Shown here piece after piece: positions 1 through 13,900 of a stretch of DNA of 64,000 nucleotides (position 1 is the first letter of the stretch; the number at the start of each line of letters is the position of its first letter). The position numbers and the translations under genes are program-made. The DNA lies in the NCBI GenBank assembly GCA_049724395.1, contig JAUGWO010000060.1, positions 186,001 to 250,000 of the forward strand. The letters run 5' to 3'. Source of the DNA: Spongospora subterranea f. sp. subterranea (Eukaryota). The notes under the pieces are model-generated. The model was given only the letters and a program-made list of their open reading frames with translations. It was not told where the DNA came from and did no database searches.

Positions 1-105
1 CAAGGGCGGAAAATCGGAAAACGGATACAAAAACAATCGGGGCATGCTGTTAACTCGGCATTTAATACGGAGTTCGGCACGGTTTATGAAACCAGATAAT
101 TGAAA

Positions 106-1280
106 TCGCAACTGAACGAGGAATGCACAGGACGCTCTGATCACAGTTTGGAATCAGTTTACCATTGATCAATCATCAGATCTACTGCCGGCAATCCAAG
201 ATCTACTGTTGGATTCATTTTGCGTCCGTACAATCTGGCAAGAAACATACTTGCTGTCAATGCTCTATCGTTTCGTTATCTTCTCTTCAATGATGCCTGA
301 CGATACAACAGGATATTCGTTTCGAAGCCTTTAAAAAATCAGTTCATCGTTGCCGAATTTTTTTTTATCGGCCGCTCCATTGCCATCATGGAGCTGATGT
401 CAGATACGTGGAACCCCAAAACCCAAGAACTAATTTCAGACATGTAAGCAGAATCTCAGCTCTCATTTCACCAATATTCTTTCAAACTGTTTGCGGTTTT
501 CCTGAGCATTCACATCATTGTGCGATTTCATTTTTTGAGTAAGATCAAGCGAGAAAAAACAGTATCATCCGTTCCGATGGCGGGGGTGGTGTCAATTCAC
601 CCTTCAATTGCGTCCGAAACAACTTTTCATTTGAAATTTGGCCAAGGAGCGACAGATCGAACCCCAACAACAGGCAGGTATTCAGATCATCAAGTGTGTC
701 TGCCGACAGTTCATCCACCAACTTGGAGAGATTCAGCATCGAAATTGAGAAGCCAAGAAGCCATTGTTGGCTGACGTCAAAATTTGACCATGATCATCGG
801 ACCATCAAAACATTGGCATATCCGGCTGGGAACTGATGGATACTGACAACAGCCTGAGTATCTCCCGGACGCAATTGAAGGGTGAATTGACACCATCCGA
901 ATGTAAGAATATTGGGGAAATGAGTGCTGAGATTCTGCTTACATGCCTGAAATTGGTTCTTGGCGAGTGGGATTCCAAGTATGTGACATCAGCTCCATGG
1001 TGGCCATGGAGCGGCCGATAAACTGAATTTCCGACAACGATGAACTGATTTTTTACAGGCTTCGAAACGAATATCCTGTTGTATTGTCAGGCATCATTGA
1101 AGAGAAGATAACGAAGCGATAGAGCACTGACAGCAAGTATGCTCTTGCCAGATTGTACGGACGCAAAATGAATCCAACAGTATTTCTTGGATTGCCGGCA
1201 GTAGATCTGATGATTAATCAATGGTAAACTGATTCCAAACTGTGATCAGAGCGCCCTGTGCATACCTCGTTCAGTTGCGA
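106..1280. repeat. Diverged inverted repeat: arms ~106-481 and ~905-1280, plus a short inner inverted pair ~589-617 / ~866-894
   Basis: ACGCTCTGATCACAGTTTGGAATCAGTTTACCATTGAT...(~132) is the reverse complement of ...ATCAATGGTAAACTGATTCCAAACTGTGATCAGAGCG (~1217). Matching continues with scattered mismatches. Frames are broken by stops. Confidence 0.9.
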
Positions 1281-2592
1281 ATAACTCAAAATTACGCAAT
1301 ACAATGGCGTATGTAGACCAACGTGAATCTGCTCCAATAACGATGTTAACTTGTGCAATTTGAAACAACGTTTACGCGCAGATTTGTCCAAAAGTTGATG
1401 AAAAAAACAATGGAGCTTCGCAGCAACAATCCTTCGTGGTTTCTGGGTAGTCTCAGCTCGAGAGTTTCCAAACCGCAACGTATCTAGCACATCTTGATTA
1501 TATATGCAGGTGAAAAACTAACAAATGGAGAAAGCAACAACTCCGTTTATTATTGTTCAAGGACTATTCTTACGGATGTGTTTGGATAGTCAATCAAGCG
1601 ATTTTCCATCGGTTCTCCGACCATCTTACAGCATTTGAGCTGCTACAAGACAGGTTTCTGGCGTCATACACCTATCAAAGGACCGTGCCTTATCAATAAT
1701 TGCATCAATCACTGTTCTGCAGCGATTGAAAAACCTTTTCTCGTTGCCTTGTCACCATTTGGTTCCCCATCTCCTCTCCAAATCGGACTGCTGGACCTTC
1801 ACCTATTCCTTCAGACCAGTCTCAACATAGGTCCACCATAAAATGAATTCCTCTGATCATCTCGTAGGAACTGGGTTCGCACCATAACCTCCGCCTGCAT
1901 GACCGGATGTCCGACATCACATGGCTCTGTTGGACATTCATCTCGTAATTTTTGCCATTGGGAACCGGCACCCTGCCAGAAAGTTAATCACAAAAATTCT
2001 CCCGCAATTTCGACAGACTTAGCGAAATCGGATCGATTGTAAATGTGATGGTTGGTAAATATATCAATAATCCATAGCCGGTGATTTGGATACTGACACC
2101 TTAACTCGACAATGTTTGTATGTATTAGTTTAATGGATGGTTGCTTGAGCGGTGACCATTCTGTTTAGTTTGAGCACATTAGCATGAAATACCAGCCAGC
2201 TGTTGACCGAAACAAGATTCAAATTCGATTTTTCCTAGTAGCTCCGATGAGTCCGGATGATTCGACTCACGACAAATGAAGAATGGCACTTGTCAGCCTA
2301 GCGGCTACTTAAAGACGTAAAGTGCATGAAAGTCGACATTATATGGCTACAAATAAGGTGTGCTTAGCGCAAGTTTACTGGGCATGAACAAAAATGAATC
2401 GGAAAAGAAACCAATTGTGATTTGGGAGCGTCAATACATGTTTTTGGCGCGCATGCTGAGTGCGAGGGGGGGGGGTTACGTCCCTACTCCAGTGGGCGTA
2501 ACCCTAGCTAGATACAGTACGCTGTCATGTTGTTGATTTATCCTCATTGATCTGTCTTCGCATTGTTTTTCCAATTCTCTCCTTGTAATGTC

Positions 2593-5500
2593 ATGGAGAA
2601 AATCGCTGCTAACCTCATAGAATGTGTCGGGGGTGATCGAAATACAGTTGCCTCATTCACTGAACTCCTTAAGCCGTGCACCGCGTTCAACAAGGTTTTC
2701 CCTGGATGATAGCGCATAAAATTCACAAGCTCACACCTTGGTTACCTTAGGTTGAAGCATTTAATATACGCCATGCACGTAAAAAAAGTTGGAAGAAAAG
2801 CTGCAGATCTTTCTCAATTCAAGGAAAGAATAGATCAGATTGACAAGTTGACTGATTGGTAGGTGAACAATACTGCCCGTTCGCATATGCTCTAATAACT
2901 TTCGTAGTCCGGTCAATGTCGATCAGTTTCTGCATGTTCTTGGTCATATTATTGATGACCCATCAACACGGTAGGTTTTTTCTCAAATTTCTGCTTCGAA
3001 GAACATGACAGTTCAACATTAGATCTATCATTTGCTCTGTGGCTTCTTCTAAACGTAAAGAAACCATGGCAAACGCTTCCATCTCTACATCATCAAGGAG
3101 GTTGTCATCGTCATTTTCCACATCGATGAATACAACAGCAATGTTTGACGCATTGCCAGTTCAACCGACCACACCTCACAAAACGACACCTTGTAAAGTC
3201 TAAATGCGTTGGACCGCTTCAATTACCGACTTGTTTTAGCGGTTTCCATGCACCGGTCTTTACCGACTATGCCATCTAAATCAAGTACCATCGCTGAAAC
3301 CAAGAGTTTGCCTGTGCAGAGCATATCTGGTGCAAATTTCTAAGCATCTCTGGTTCGATGCCAAGTTTACTTTATCTTTCAGATCGCAATACCCAGGTTG
3401 GCTTATCCTTTAGTGAAACAATATCGCTGCGATCATATAGAGGCTATTATGGTATTTTAAACACATTCATCATGTTTCAACTCTCTAAATTTGTTTAGGA
3501 GCCGTTTGTGATCTCGACTTCAATGCGACCTGGCCGATACCTGTCCCACTATCGGTTGTCAATGCATCGAACAGACGGTGTCGTGGATCTATAAATTATG
3601 GAGACGTATATCCCATTTTAACAAGTATATCTTGATTTTAACTATGGGGTTTCAGGTTGTACTTTTCACAAACGGGTCATTATATCTAGGGGCCGAGGGC
3701 TCTGGGAACATTTCCATGATCAACGCAGTTGCTGATTCAAGGATTAAATGGACCGTATTACCAGGTTCCGATGCTATCTTGTTGTTAGTTCATGGGTCTG
3801 AATACTCGATTGAATAGCTGGATCTGCCCTTGATGAAAGCAGAATACATGTCAATGATCGGGTCGTTCTGAAGTCCTGTTTCGCCACTCTGCTATACTGC
3901 AACCCAGGTATGGCCTCAAATGCTTTCTCGAACAGGAGTATTCACCGCATGATGAAGACGGCTCTGTCAATTGTAACTGCAGTGACACATCCTTCCCCGG
4001 GGTCACGTGGACGATATCCAAATCCTCCATCCCTTTCGCGCCAAAATGGTTAGATGATCTTTATGATATATCTATGTTTTCATTTTCCAAGGATGGAGGG
4101 AGATTCTCTAATGTAACCGACAAACGCGAGCAAGTAGGAACGTTTATTATTGTGGGCAATTGTCATCACAGCATTATCGTACAGGAACTCGCCTTTGCCC
4201 GCGCTGTTAGGTCATGTTTACTTGGCATTCCAAGTGATCTGATTAGATTGGCCTCTTCAGGAGGCTCGGGTACACCTCCATCTTTTGTGCTATCCGTTAT
4301 GGAAAACCTTCCTGTTACTCTCAAGTTCCAAGCGGAACGTTTTTTGCCAACTGCTAATTGTTATTTAACAGTCAAGTCAGAAATTCAGGTGAATAAGCAT
4401 ATCTCAAAATTCATCAGTGTTCATTTTCGTTTTAGAGAAGATCAAGGTATGAGTTCGGGTTTGTCAGTCAGGCACTTGCGGCGTCGATTGAACAAGTTCT
4501 TGAGGTCTTCAAGTATTGCGGTCAATATCATCTGTGCTGATTGTTCCTAGACGTACATGATTAAGGTTACTCAGTTGGAAAAAGAGCCGCTGCAAACGCT
4601 GTGGTTTCATCTGCAAGACGAAATATACAAAATCAAGTTATTGCACAAGTTAGTTGAGGGCGTGATCAACGCTTCGGGAGGATTGCTACTTCATGAGGTC
4701 TACAAGCTTTACTGCTCTCAAGGGTTGTTCAAGTTGTCGTTTTGATCCGACTGATCCAAACTGATTTTTTTGCAGAGATGGTGTCAGCCGTCAACTGTTT
4801 CACAAACTGATGTCTGATGTGGCGACTCCGTATTTCAAAATGCTTTCTCAATGGATTCATTTCGGCGTTGTTGAAGATCCGTATGAGGAATTTCAAATCA
4901 GTGTGCGTCCATCCGACTTTTTTCGAACCTCGCTGTGTGAATTTCTAATGCTCAGGTTCGCCATGATCTAACCAAGGATAATCTCGAAAAAGAATTCAAT
5001 GATGCCTTTTGGGTAACGTTTCTATATTCTGAATACTTTACGCTCTGATGCTCTTGTAAATTAGGATGACAGATACGTGATTCGATCCGAAATGGTGCCA
5101 TCCTTTTTGTCGCAATTTTCATCCCAGATACTGCTTACTGGAAAATATTTGAACGTTTTGAGGCAATGCAGCCTAAAACGATGTCTAAACATATCCAAGA
5201 AGTCAGGAGCCAATCCATCTTCGTTTTGCTTTGATGCTCCGCAGTAACCAACTTTGCCTAACTGCGTTTTCATTTCTCACCGTATTTTGCAAGGAACGGG
5301 AAAATCATCGAGGCCGCATTTCGAATTGCAAGCGCCGATCTTCTAGATGTGCTTCTAACTGAAAACCATCTTCCGGATCATTTGAGGTGGATGAGCATCC
5401 ATTCTTCGCCTGATCTGAACATTTTCCAGGTGTATATACCGATATTTCTTGCATGGTCAGGGAGATTTTTTTGTCAACTTTCTTGATAGCGCGGAAGCCG

Positions 5501-6739
5501 AGTTAAGCCGTCCTTCTTCTGCACAATCACTAAATCGTCTGCAGTCACTGCTGGATCTGGCATTTTCATCAATCCCGGATAATCCACTTCACGATCGTAT
5601 TCATTGCCGCCTTGAGCAATACACATTGGTTCAAAAAATGTTGGTAGTTTAGTAGTGTGAGCAAACGCAGATACTAAAATATAATGTCTAGGAATGTCAT
5701 TCATACGCTTGCTAGGGAAACACTGGTCGGAGGAGCGCATCCGGGCATTGATGGTTTCACAGCTAAAGCATCGTTCACAGGAATCGAGGTATGGGCGAGG
5801 ATTTTCGCGAGTTCCTATGTTGATGTGGGGATAGGCTTTTACTCTAGATTACAACGTTTCGTGGCCTTTGTCTTTGATTCTTTCCAAAAAAGCGCTCACC
5901 AAATATCAATTGATCTTCCGCCATTTGTTTTATATCAAGCATGTCGATCGGCAGGTTGGGATCACCTGGAAATATCAGCAACGGTCAGGCACCAAATTTT
6001 TTATGTCACGTGCTCTCAAACTTGTTTTCCGTTCAGACTGAGAGAGCTCTCTCTCTCCTCCACCTTCTCTTTGTCGCTTGCTCTCAGGCTTCGTATGATG
6101 CATTTCTTACAGAACCTTCAGTTTTATTTGACGATCGAAGTATTGGAACCAAATTATCGTAAATTAGAGCAAGCTCTTTTGGCCGACGATGTCAACACTG
6201 TCGATCGCGTGCGCAGAAATGTTTTATATATTTTCGTGAAATGTAACTATGTTTTTTCAGGTTATTGAAGCGCACGATCAATTCTTGGATACCTGTCTTA
6301 AGGAATGTCTGCTGACAAACCACAACATATTGCAAAGCCTCACATCTCTGTTATCATCCTGTTTGATTTTTGCCCGAAATATGAACAATTATCATGCATC
6401 TTTTGAACTGCTAGAGTAACACTTGTAGGATATTCGTTTGTATTTTTTAATGTTCATGAGTTTAGGTTAACACAAAATGCAACTCCAATAAGTGGCTCAA
6501 AAAGACGCAAACGTCTGGCAATGCTGTCATCTCAGGTTATGGCTGCAGGTCAAAACAGCGATTACGTCGAGATGATTGCGAAGTTTCTGGAAAAGTTCGA
6601 CCAGAAGCTGACGGGACTAATCGAGCAGCTGACCGAAAGGGCCAACACATTGCACGAATCACACATGATGAATCTTTGCACTCGCCTGGATTACAACTCA
6701 TATTATCATGATAGGCGACACGCCAATAATCCATCTTAA
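2593..6739 (+). CDS. TUBGCP2: Gamma-tubulin complex component 2 (Spc97/GCP2), multi-exon
   Basis: Spliced motifs FNDAFW/DDRYVIRSEMVPSFLSQFSSQILLTGKYLNVLRQC, YFLHGQGDFFVNFLDSAEAEL, RMMHFLQNLQFYLTIEVLEPN, HDQFLDTCLKECLLTN and terminal RLDYNSYY. The start ATG at 2593 is inferred. Confidence 0.9.
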
Positions 6740-6931
6740 ATTCTGATTAGCAATCACCAACCAAAAATCGCATTTTTCAATTCCGTAGTTGAACTATCCA
6801 CACTGTAGATTACCTAATGGCCGTTCCATCTCGCTGAATAGGCTTTTTTAAGTTCGAATTGATATTGTTGTCTTAATAGTCAGCGAGGACCCTGCCGGTA
6901 CCTACACTGCACTCCGCGCGTTATTGTCAAA

Positions 6932-8335
6932 ATGAGTGTTTTTGGGCAGATATTGCGGGTGTCTACTTTCGGAGAGAGCCATTGCCCTGCGGTTGGCTGC
7001 GTTATTGATGGCGTACCGGCGCGCATGCGGCTTTCAGCAGATGATGTGCAAATTCAGTTGAATCGCAGACGTCCGGGGCAATCGACCATGACCACGGCAA
7101 GAGATGAATCAGATCTGGTCACGATATTATCTGGTGTAGAGCATGGGTATACATTAGGAACGCCCATCGCCCTCCTCGTTCACAATCGCGATCAGCGTCC
7201 ATCTGATTACTCTGACCTGGTCGACGTCCCTCGGCCGTCCCATGCCGACTATACATATCAGGTAGCTCAAGTATAAGAGTGACGGCGACCAATAACTGGA
7301 TTCGTCCATTATGCAGGCCAAGTACGGCATCAGAGCTTCATCCGGTGGAGGCAGATCTAGTGCGCGTGAAACTATCGGCAGAGTTGCTGCAGGAGCCATT
7401 GCTGTAATCAATTACTGACTTACAAAAATATGGGTGCCTTGTTCAGCTTTGTGTAGGAAAAGTGGCTTTCTGAAAAATATGGACTGAACATTGTTGCGTT
7501 TGTTTCATCCGTTGGAAACATATCAATGTCGGAGAAGGTGAATTTATTTATCGACCAATGTTTCATCATACATTGTTGATTTGCTGTCGACTACAGATAT
7601 GTTGGAACAACTGGTCTAGAGAACAGGTTGATCAGTCTCCAGTTCGTTGTCCCGATCTCGATGCATCCGAGAAGATGTGCTCTTTGATTGAGCACGTCAA
7701 GGCACAATCTGATTCAATTGGTGGGATTGTCAGTTGCGTTATAACCAATGTCCCACAAGGTTGGGGAGAGCCAGTATTTGACCGCCTGGTAGGGATATAG
7801 CGTTTTTGGACTGATTGCATGTTCAACATTAATGCAACATAGGAAGCTAGTCTGGCTCGTGCCATGTTATCGATTCCAGCAACCAAAGTAAAAATCTACT
7901 CAGTTTGGGCGTCTTGACTAACGTATAGAATAGGGTTTCGAAGTAGGATCAGGATTTGCTGGTAGCACACAGCTAGGGTCAGAACATAACGATGCGTTTA
8001 CTGCATCGGAACATCAAGGCGAAAGCATGTTGACTACAGCAACTAACAGAAGCGGAGGTATTCAGGGAGGAATAAGTAATGGCTGTCCGATATATTTCCG
8101 TGTTGCGTTCAAGCCGCCTGCAACCATTGGCAAGGCTCAGGAAACAGCTACATTTTCCGGAGAAAATGTAGTTCTTCAAGCTAGTGGGCGCCATGATCCT
8201 TGCGTTGTGCCCAGAGCGGTTGCTATCGTTGAAAGTATGGCTGCATTAGTCTTGGCGGATGCTGCGTGCTTGCAAGAATCTCGAATTTCATCTTCTAGTT
8301 GTTACAACATCGTTGGCAAATGCAATTCCCACTAA
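6932..8335 (+). CDS. aroC: Chorismate synthase, multi-exon
   Basis: [83 protein letters not shown]. Confidence 0.97.
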
Positions 8336-8400
8336 TTCAAAATTCAAATTGTGTTAAGTAACTATCAACAAACCTTTGGATATCATATCATAGGCAATGG

Positions 8401-9485
8401 TTATGAAGAACGGACTCGTTTTAATTGTGGCGGTGGAGGAGTTCCAGGGACATCATCTTCCGACATTTCCGATTCTGTTTGAGACATGGATGCCGTACTA
8501 GATGATTTTGACGGCTTATCAACTTGTCGAACTTGCTTAACTGAGGTTTGATTTGTAAGAAAAGTCGCAGGAACTTCGGGGGTTACAATATTTTCTTCAT
8601 TGGATAGACCGTCTTCGCTGGCAAATGTAGAAATTGCTACGTTGAAGACCCATTGATCAGAGCAGTCATTGAGATCGGCTGAGCTTAGAAGAATAGGATC
8701 CCCGGCGACGCTGAAAAACATATGCATATTGATACTCACCGACTATTATCACGTCAAAACACGAAAAGGATTCCCAGAAAACACGCGCCTCATACCTCAC
8801 AGAACGCCAATACTGACTTTATGTCTTTAACGGTGATCACACTTGCACAACTCGAACTTTCTGCCACTCGGTAAAGCTCAAAATCGTCTGCCAGCAATCG
8901 CACCTCTGTTTGCAATATGTTCGGATCGTCAAATGCAGTATCGTCAACGTATGATCTGATTATCAATTCATTTGGCAGCGCTTGAAATGTTATTTCCTTC
9001 AATGACGGGTGAAACGCATCCAGAGTTTTGTGAAGCCATTTTGCACTTGCAGACAGCGCATTTGGCATGCTTCGCTTATCACAGTTATGTGAATAGATCG
9101 AGCCAGGAATATCATCGCTGCATATATATAATTTTTGCTCAAAACCATGAACGTTGCTGAATTCAAATGATAGTCCGTCAGCATCCAGACGCATTGAAAC
9201 ATTTGAATCCTTCACGTGAGCATTCATTCTTGGCCGCAGCGACCAGAGTAAATTGCGGACAGGCAGACGGCATTTGATTGAGTTATATGAGCCATGGTCA
9301 AACCTTCTGAAGAATGACGCCGACAACTGTAGCGACGCGTATGACGACTGTGAGTCGTTGAGTACGCGCCATAATATGCCTGCCGACGTCACTTCGATGA
9401 TGACCGAGCCGGCAATTCGCCCCATGCAATGCAGTGCACGACTGAGTATTGTTATGTTTTGGGATGATATATCGGCGTCCATCAT
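8401..9485 (-). CDS. RAD9: Rad9 checkpoint clamp subunit (9-1-1), two exons
   Basis: ILSRALHCMGRI...LNDSQSSYASLQLSASFFRRF, LQTEVRL..DDFELY, KDIKSVLAFCE, FSVAGDPILL, followed by an acidic/Ser-rich tail. Confidence 0.85.
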
Positions 9486-9897
9486 AAAACAATAGGAGAA
9501 TAAACCAGATAATCGCTTGATAATCGGGTTCTGGGGTAACCCCTAATCCACCTGGCTGGTGGCTAACGATACCAGACTGCAGTTTGAGCACAGCTCCGCA
9601 AAATAAGACCGTGCTTTACTGGCAGCCGAGCACTGCCCGTGCCGGCATGCCGCCGACGGGAAACGAAGGAAAAATGCCTAGTGTGAATTCACGTGGCGCA
9701 CTACAACAGCTTCGTCTATGCCACTTGGACCCACTTGCTCTAACCGAACCTGGAATATGGAAACGGCGCCTTTTCAATCATGATTTTGTTCATGCGTTAT
9801 GGACTAGCAGGCAATACGTCGGGTATCGCCTGCATGACCACAGTCTTGTGAGCTTGAATCACACCTTTGTTGATTCATTCAGATTATTGGTAATAAT

Positions 9898-10662
9898 TTA
9901 TTTGTGTTCTGGCACGGTTCTAGGTGGATCAGTCGCGTAAACTGAGCTGAGATATTGATCCCGAGTGGTCATGGGGGGAATGATGTCAAGAAGAAATTCG
10001 AATGCAGGTCGATCCTTTACAGCAGCAGCTATGAAAAGAGAATGAATAAAAGCATTGATGTTCAAAGATGGGAAATACCGAGATCTTTGTACTGCAACGT
10101 TCGCCGAGAATCCCCCTTGGCCTTGGCAAATGCATCCTGAGTTAATCTCCAAATAAATAGCTCCTAAATCAATATTAAAAACTGCAATTTTTCATTGGGC
10201 TGTAATCAGTTTACAGCTGATTTTGCGAGTAAGAAAGATGCATCGCCGCCCAGCATGCTGATTTTAGATTCGGACTTAGCAATGCGACGAACCTTGGTCA
10301 GGGCAAGCATACACGCTCCAGATGGAGCTGGTGGTAAAGTATTATCAAGTGGGCGCTTGACCCTCTTTGGTTTCGGTGGGGCGATCCTAAATCATAACAT
10401 GAATGAACCGGGATGAGCGATCAAAAATCACCACCAACTGTTGAGGAATGACCGCCGATGACGAAAGTGGGTGATGCGCTGTCAGATCGTCATCAGTGGT
10501 GACGGCCATCTGATGATCAGTCTGACTGGACTCTTGTTCCAGATCCGGACTGTATTGGTCCCGACGATCACGCGTATCAGCAGTCTGCTGTCCATGATCG
10601 GGTAACAACAGATCCCTGTCATGCAGGGGCCCACCGTCGTGGTCCACATTCGCAGTCTCCAT
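9898..10662 (-). CDS. H2A-type histone-fold protein (POLE4/DPB3/CHRAC-like, NF-YC family), multi-exon
   Basis: Spliced: LALTKVRRIAKSESKISMLGGDASFLLAKSA / ELFIWRLTQDAFAKAKGDSRRTLQYKDL / AAVKDRPAFEFLLDIIP. The start is uncertain. Confidence 0.75.
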
Positions 10663-10980
10663 AACACAATTGCACCTCACTCACCCACAACCACTATTTA
10701 CTGCTTACGGACCTCATCATCCATTACGGAGCAGGTTCCCTCGGGGGCGTAAAAAAAGTCACGATGCCTGCTCTTGACGAACCCGTTTGTATTGGCAGAA
10801 TAATCCTCTTTGAATGGGCGTTGTTGCCGAGTCGACCGGATGCCAACTTTGACTGGATCGATATGTGTACCTGATCGCATCACCAAACCGATATGATGAT
10901 GCGTTAGAAACGGACCATATTTTCTAACCGGAATTGTTCTCCGGATTTTCTTTCGGTTCATTTTTCGGCAGAGACAAGGA

Positions 10981-13900
10981 ATGATCAATGACGGGATTGA
11001 TGGTGCATCCTCCAAATCGTTCTCATTGTCCTGCGTCAACTCCTATCTTTATTCATCCCTGCTTATCTTAGCTGACTGCAATTTTGTGGCCATATCATTG
11101 GTCTGTTTTGGAGCGGTTATTGAGTGTTTACAGTTGATTGCCTTTTTATTATCCGACGATGATGCGTTATTTGCCTGGAATCCACAGCAGACTTCAGACT
11201 TGGGATCGATATTGCGCCTAATTGATCACATGATTTTGATTCGATTATTTAGTCTGCCGAACGCCTTTATTATCGTTTCCGTAATGGTGGCCCTCTTGTT
11301 CTCGAGTTTAGTCATTATCGGATATCAATATGATGTGTACGGTATTGAACCGTCTGCGTTTCGGTTGCGAACTGTCAGGTCCCTCATATCCCTGTTTTCG
11401 TCAATCCTGTATGTTCCCGCATTATCGACACTAATCAAAGAAGCATGCTCGTCGTCGTTTCTGTTAGCTCTGGTGGCTGGTTGTTTTGCATTCTTTTATA
11501 CTATCGGAATGATTATCTGTACAGTCGTGTTGCACGATATTCATATACAGTCAAGGTGCGCGTTAGCTCGCGCCCATTCTTTAGGTTTGAACTGACATAT
11601 ATATCGTTAAAGACTGTGTTTCCCATTCTATTCCTATGTTTTACGTCATCCCGTGTATTATTAGCATTTCTCGCCTTCGCATCCTCATCAGCCGTAGCAA
11701 TTGCGTTCTTACTCTACATTCCTTATTACAATTATCTCATGGTTCATTTACGGTGTAGCCTTTTGTCATTATTAGTGTGGACTGGATCATCGTGTTTAAT
11801 TGGCGAGATTATAAATGACCCTCGACATGATGGATCTATTTATATGGTATATGGAGGGGCACCGCTCATAATCATACTAACCAATCTACTTGTCCATATC
11901 CGGTTCAGTGTCGTACGAGAAATACCTGATGATAATTTAAATAACCAGTTTATTGCTGAGGCAAAATTTCGGCTTTTGCTTTTGGACGAACTCGGTGATA
12001 CAGAACGAAGTCATCTCCAAAACGATAAACTCGTTGATGAGCAAAAATTGATTTGCTTGCGTCTGATTATTGACAGGAGCACCCAATGTTTTCCTAGAAA
12101 CGCACTGATGTTAGTGATATCAGCTTTGTTCAATTTCGAGGTATTTTGTATACCCTTCCTCGGTATGTTGTGCTTTAATGCATTATTCACAAACTAATAT
12201 GTTCTGTTTCTGTTGTAGCTTATTCAGATCTATCCAATGCCACCAAATGCCATCCGTTACTAGATATTGGGTTTATGATCGCCCGCCTTCAGCGTCAATA
12301 CGCTCAGCGAGTTCTTAAAGCCGCTCACAATCGTGACGTTATCGCCTACAACCGATACGTAGATTTACAATCATCTGCAACTCAACATGATTTGGATCTG
12401 ACTCGCTCTCTGCTGTCGTTGTGGCGGGAATTACTTCAAGATGCACCAGACTTTGAAAAGTTGCATTCTGTTGCGCGTGAAATATCTTCCCAAATGACTG
12501 TTGCCAAAGTGGCGTACACTGCGATGATGAACATCTCATCCGAATCGACTTCTGCAGTGACAGCATATGCAGGGTTTCTGACAGACCTTTTGCACGATGA
12601 TCTCGCCGCTCGGACATTAAAAGCTCGTGTTAAGGACCTCAATGCATCGAAAATCAGAGACCGGTCTTATCGTACATTACTGTTCAGCGATGATAATGCT
12701 GTTATCGTTATCAGTGGCGACATCCTGAATTTAGGCGAGATACTCGCAGTTAACGATGGCGCTCGTGCATTGTTCGGCGTTGCTATCGTTGGCAAGAATA
12801 TCAGCGTGATCGTCCCTGAGCCGATCAGCCATCTGCATACCGACATCATGGTCAGGAACCTATCGCGAGGAAAAGGGACTGTGCTTGATCAGACTAGGAG
12901 GTTAATCATTCGTCGACAAACCGGATTCGTCCAGGATGCCGTTGTTTATATTAAGTCATTTGTAGACCATGAGCATCTGTCATTCATCGGGATATTGGAG
13001 CCGATAGCAGATGAAACGTTCTCGTTCATCATCGTTGCTGACCAGGATTTGCAAATTTGCGCTATCTCTGAATCAGCATATGATTCTTTGATTGGCGCTG
13101 TTATTGGTCATCCGTTAAATGACCTAATGCCCATATCCGATGGGGACTTGACTGATCGCCAAGGGATGGTGTCATTATCAGATGGGAGCCAAAGGTTGTA
13201 TAATATCCAGATCGAAAAAATCAACCTTGATTTGGAGCGGTCGTTATTCGTCATCGTTATTCGTATGGTCCCAGTACAGAATTATCAGGCACTCGATGAG
13301 TGTCCACTCGAACCTGAAAGCAAATTGATTGACCGATCCAGTTTCCGGAGTGATTTCGGGGCATATAGCAATGCACCTTGGCAGAACGTACAAGTGGCTA
13401 TGGCAAATCGATTGTTCGGTGACCTTGAGGATGATAGTCATGGTGAAGTTGACGAAGAAGCGTCGCTGACAGAGTCGATGTCAGCAACAGCTCGGGCGGT
13501 CAATCATGATGGGGATTATCTCGTCAACATTCATGACAGAATGTCCAAATTCTCAGAAATCTCACTTAATGACGACAAACATGACGTTTGTGGCCGCAAT
13601 ATTTCTGTCTCTAGCGCATTCAACGATCACCACGGTCTGACTCACGAGAGAGTGATACTGCTTTGGCTAAACAGATCATCGATCATCTTGTTAGTTATCG
13701 TCTCGATCACAATATTATCTGGTTTCGTATTCAGATCCAACTTCATTGATCGCAATATTCAGATATCGGACCGGATATCGTCATCATCATCACGGTCTAC
13801 TGATCTGATTAGCCTTTCTCTGGCAGCATATGATTTACAGCTCATGGCAACTGGGTATAAAGCATCCACTGATGTGAAAGCTGTACGGCAACGAATCAGC

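Noticed and set aside
6932..8335. Chorismate synthase as a recent bacterial transfer
   Set aside because: It has multiple host-type introns, and the shikimate pathway is widespread in protists.
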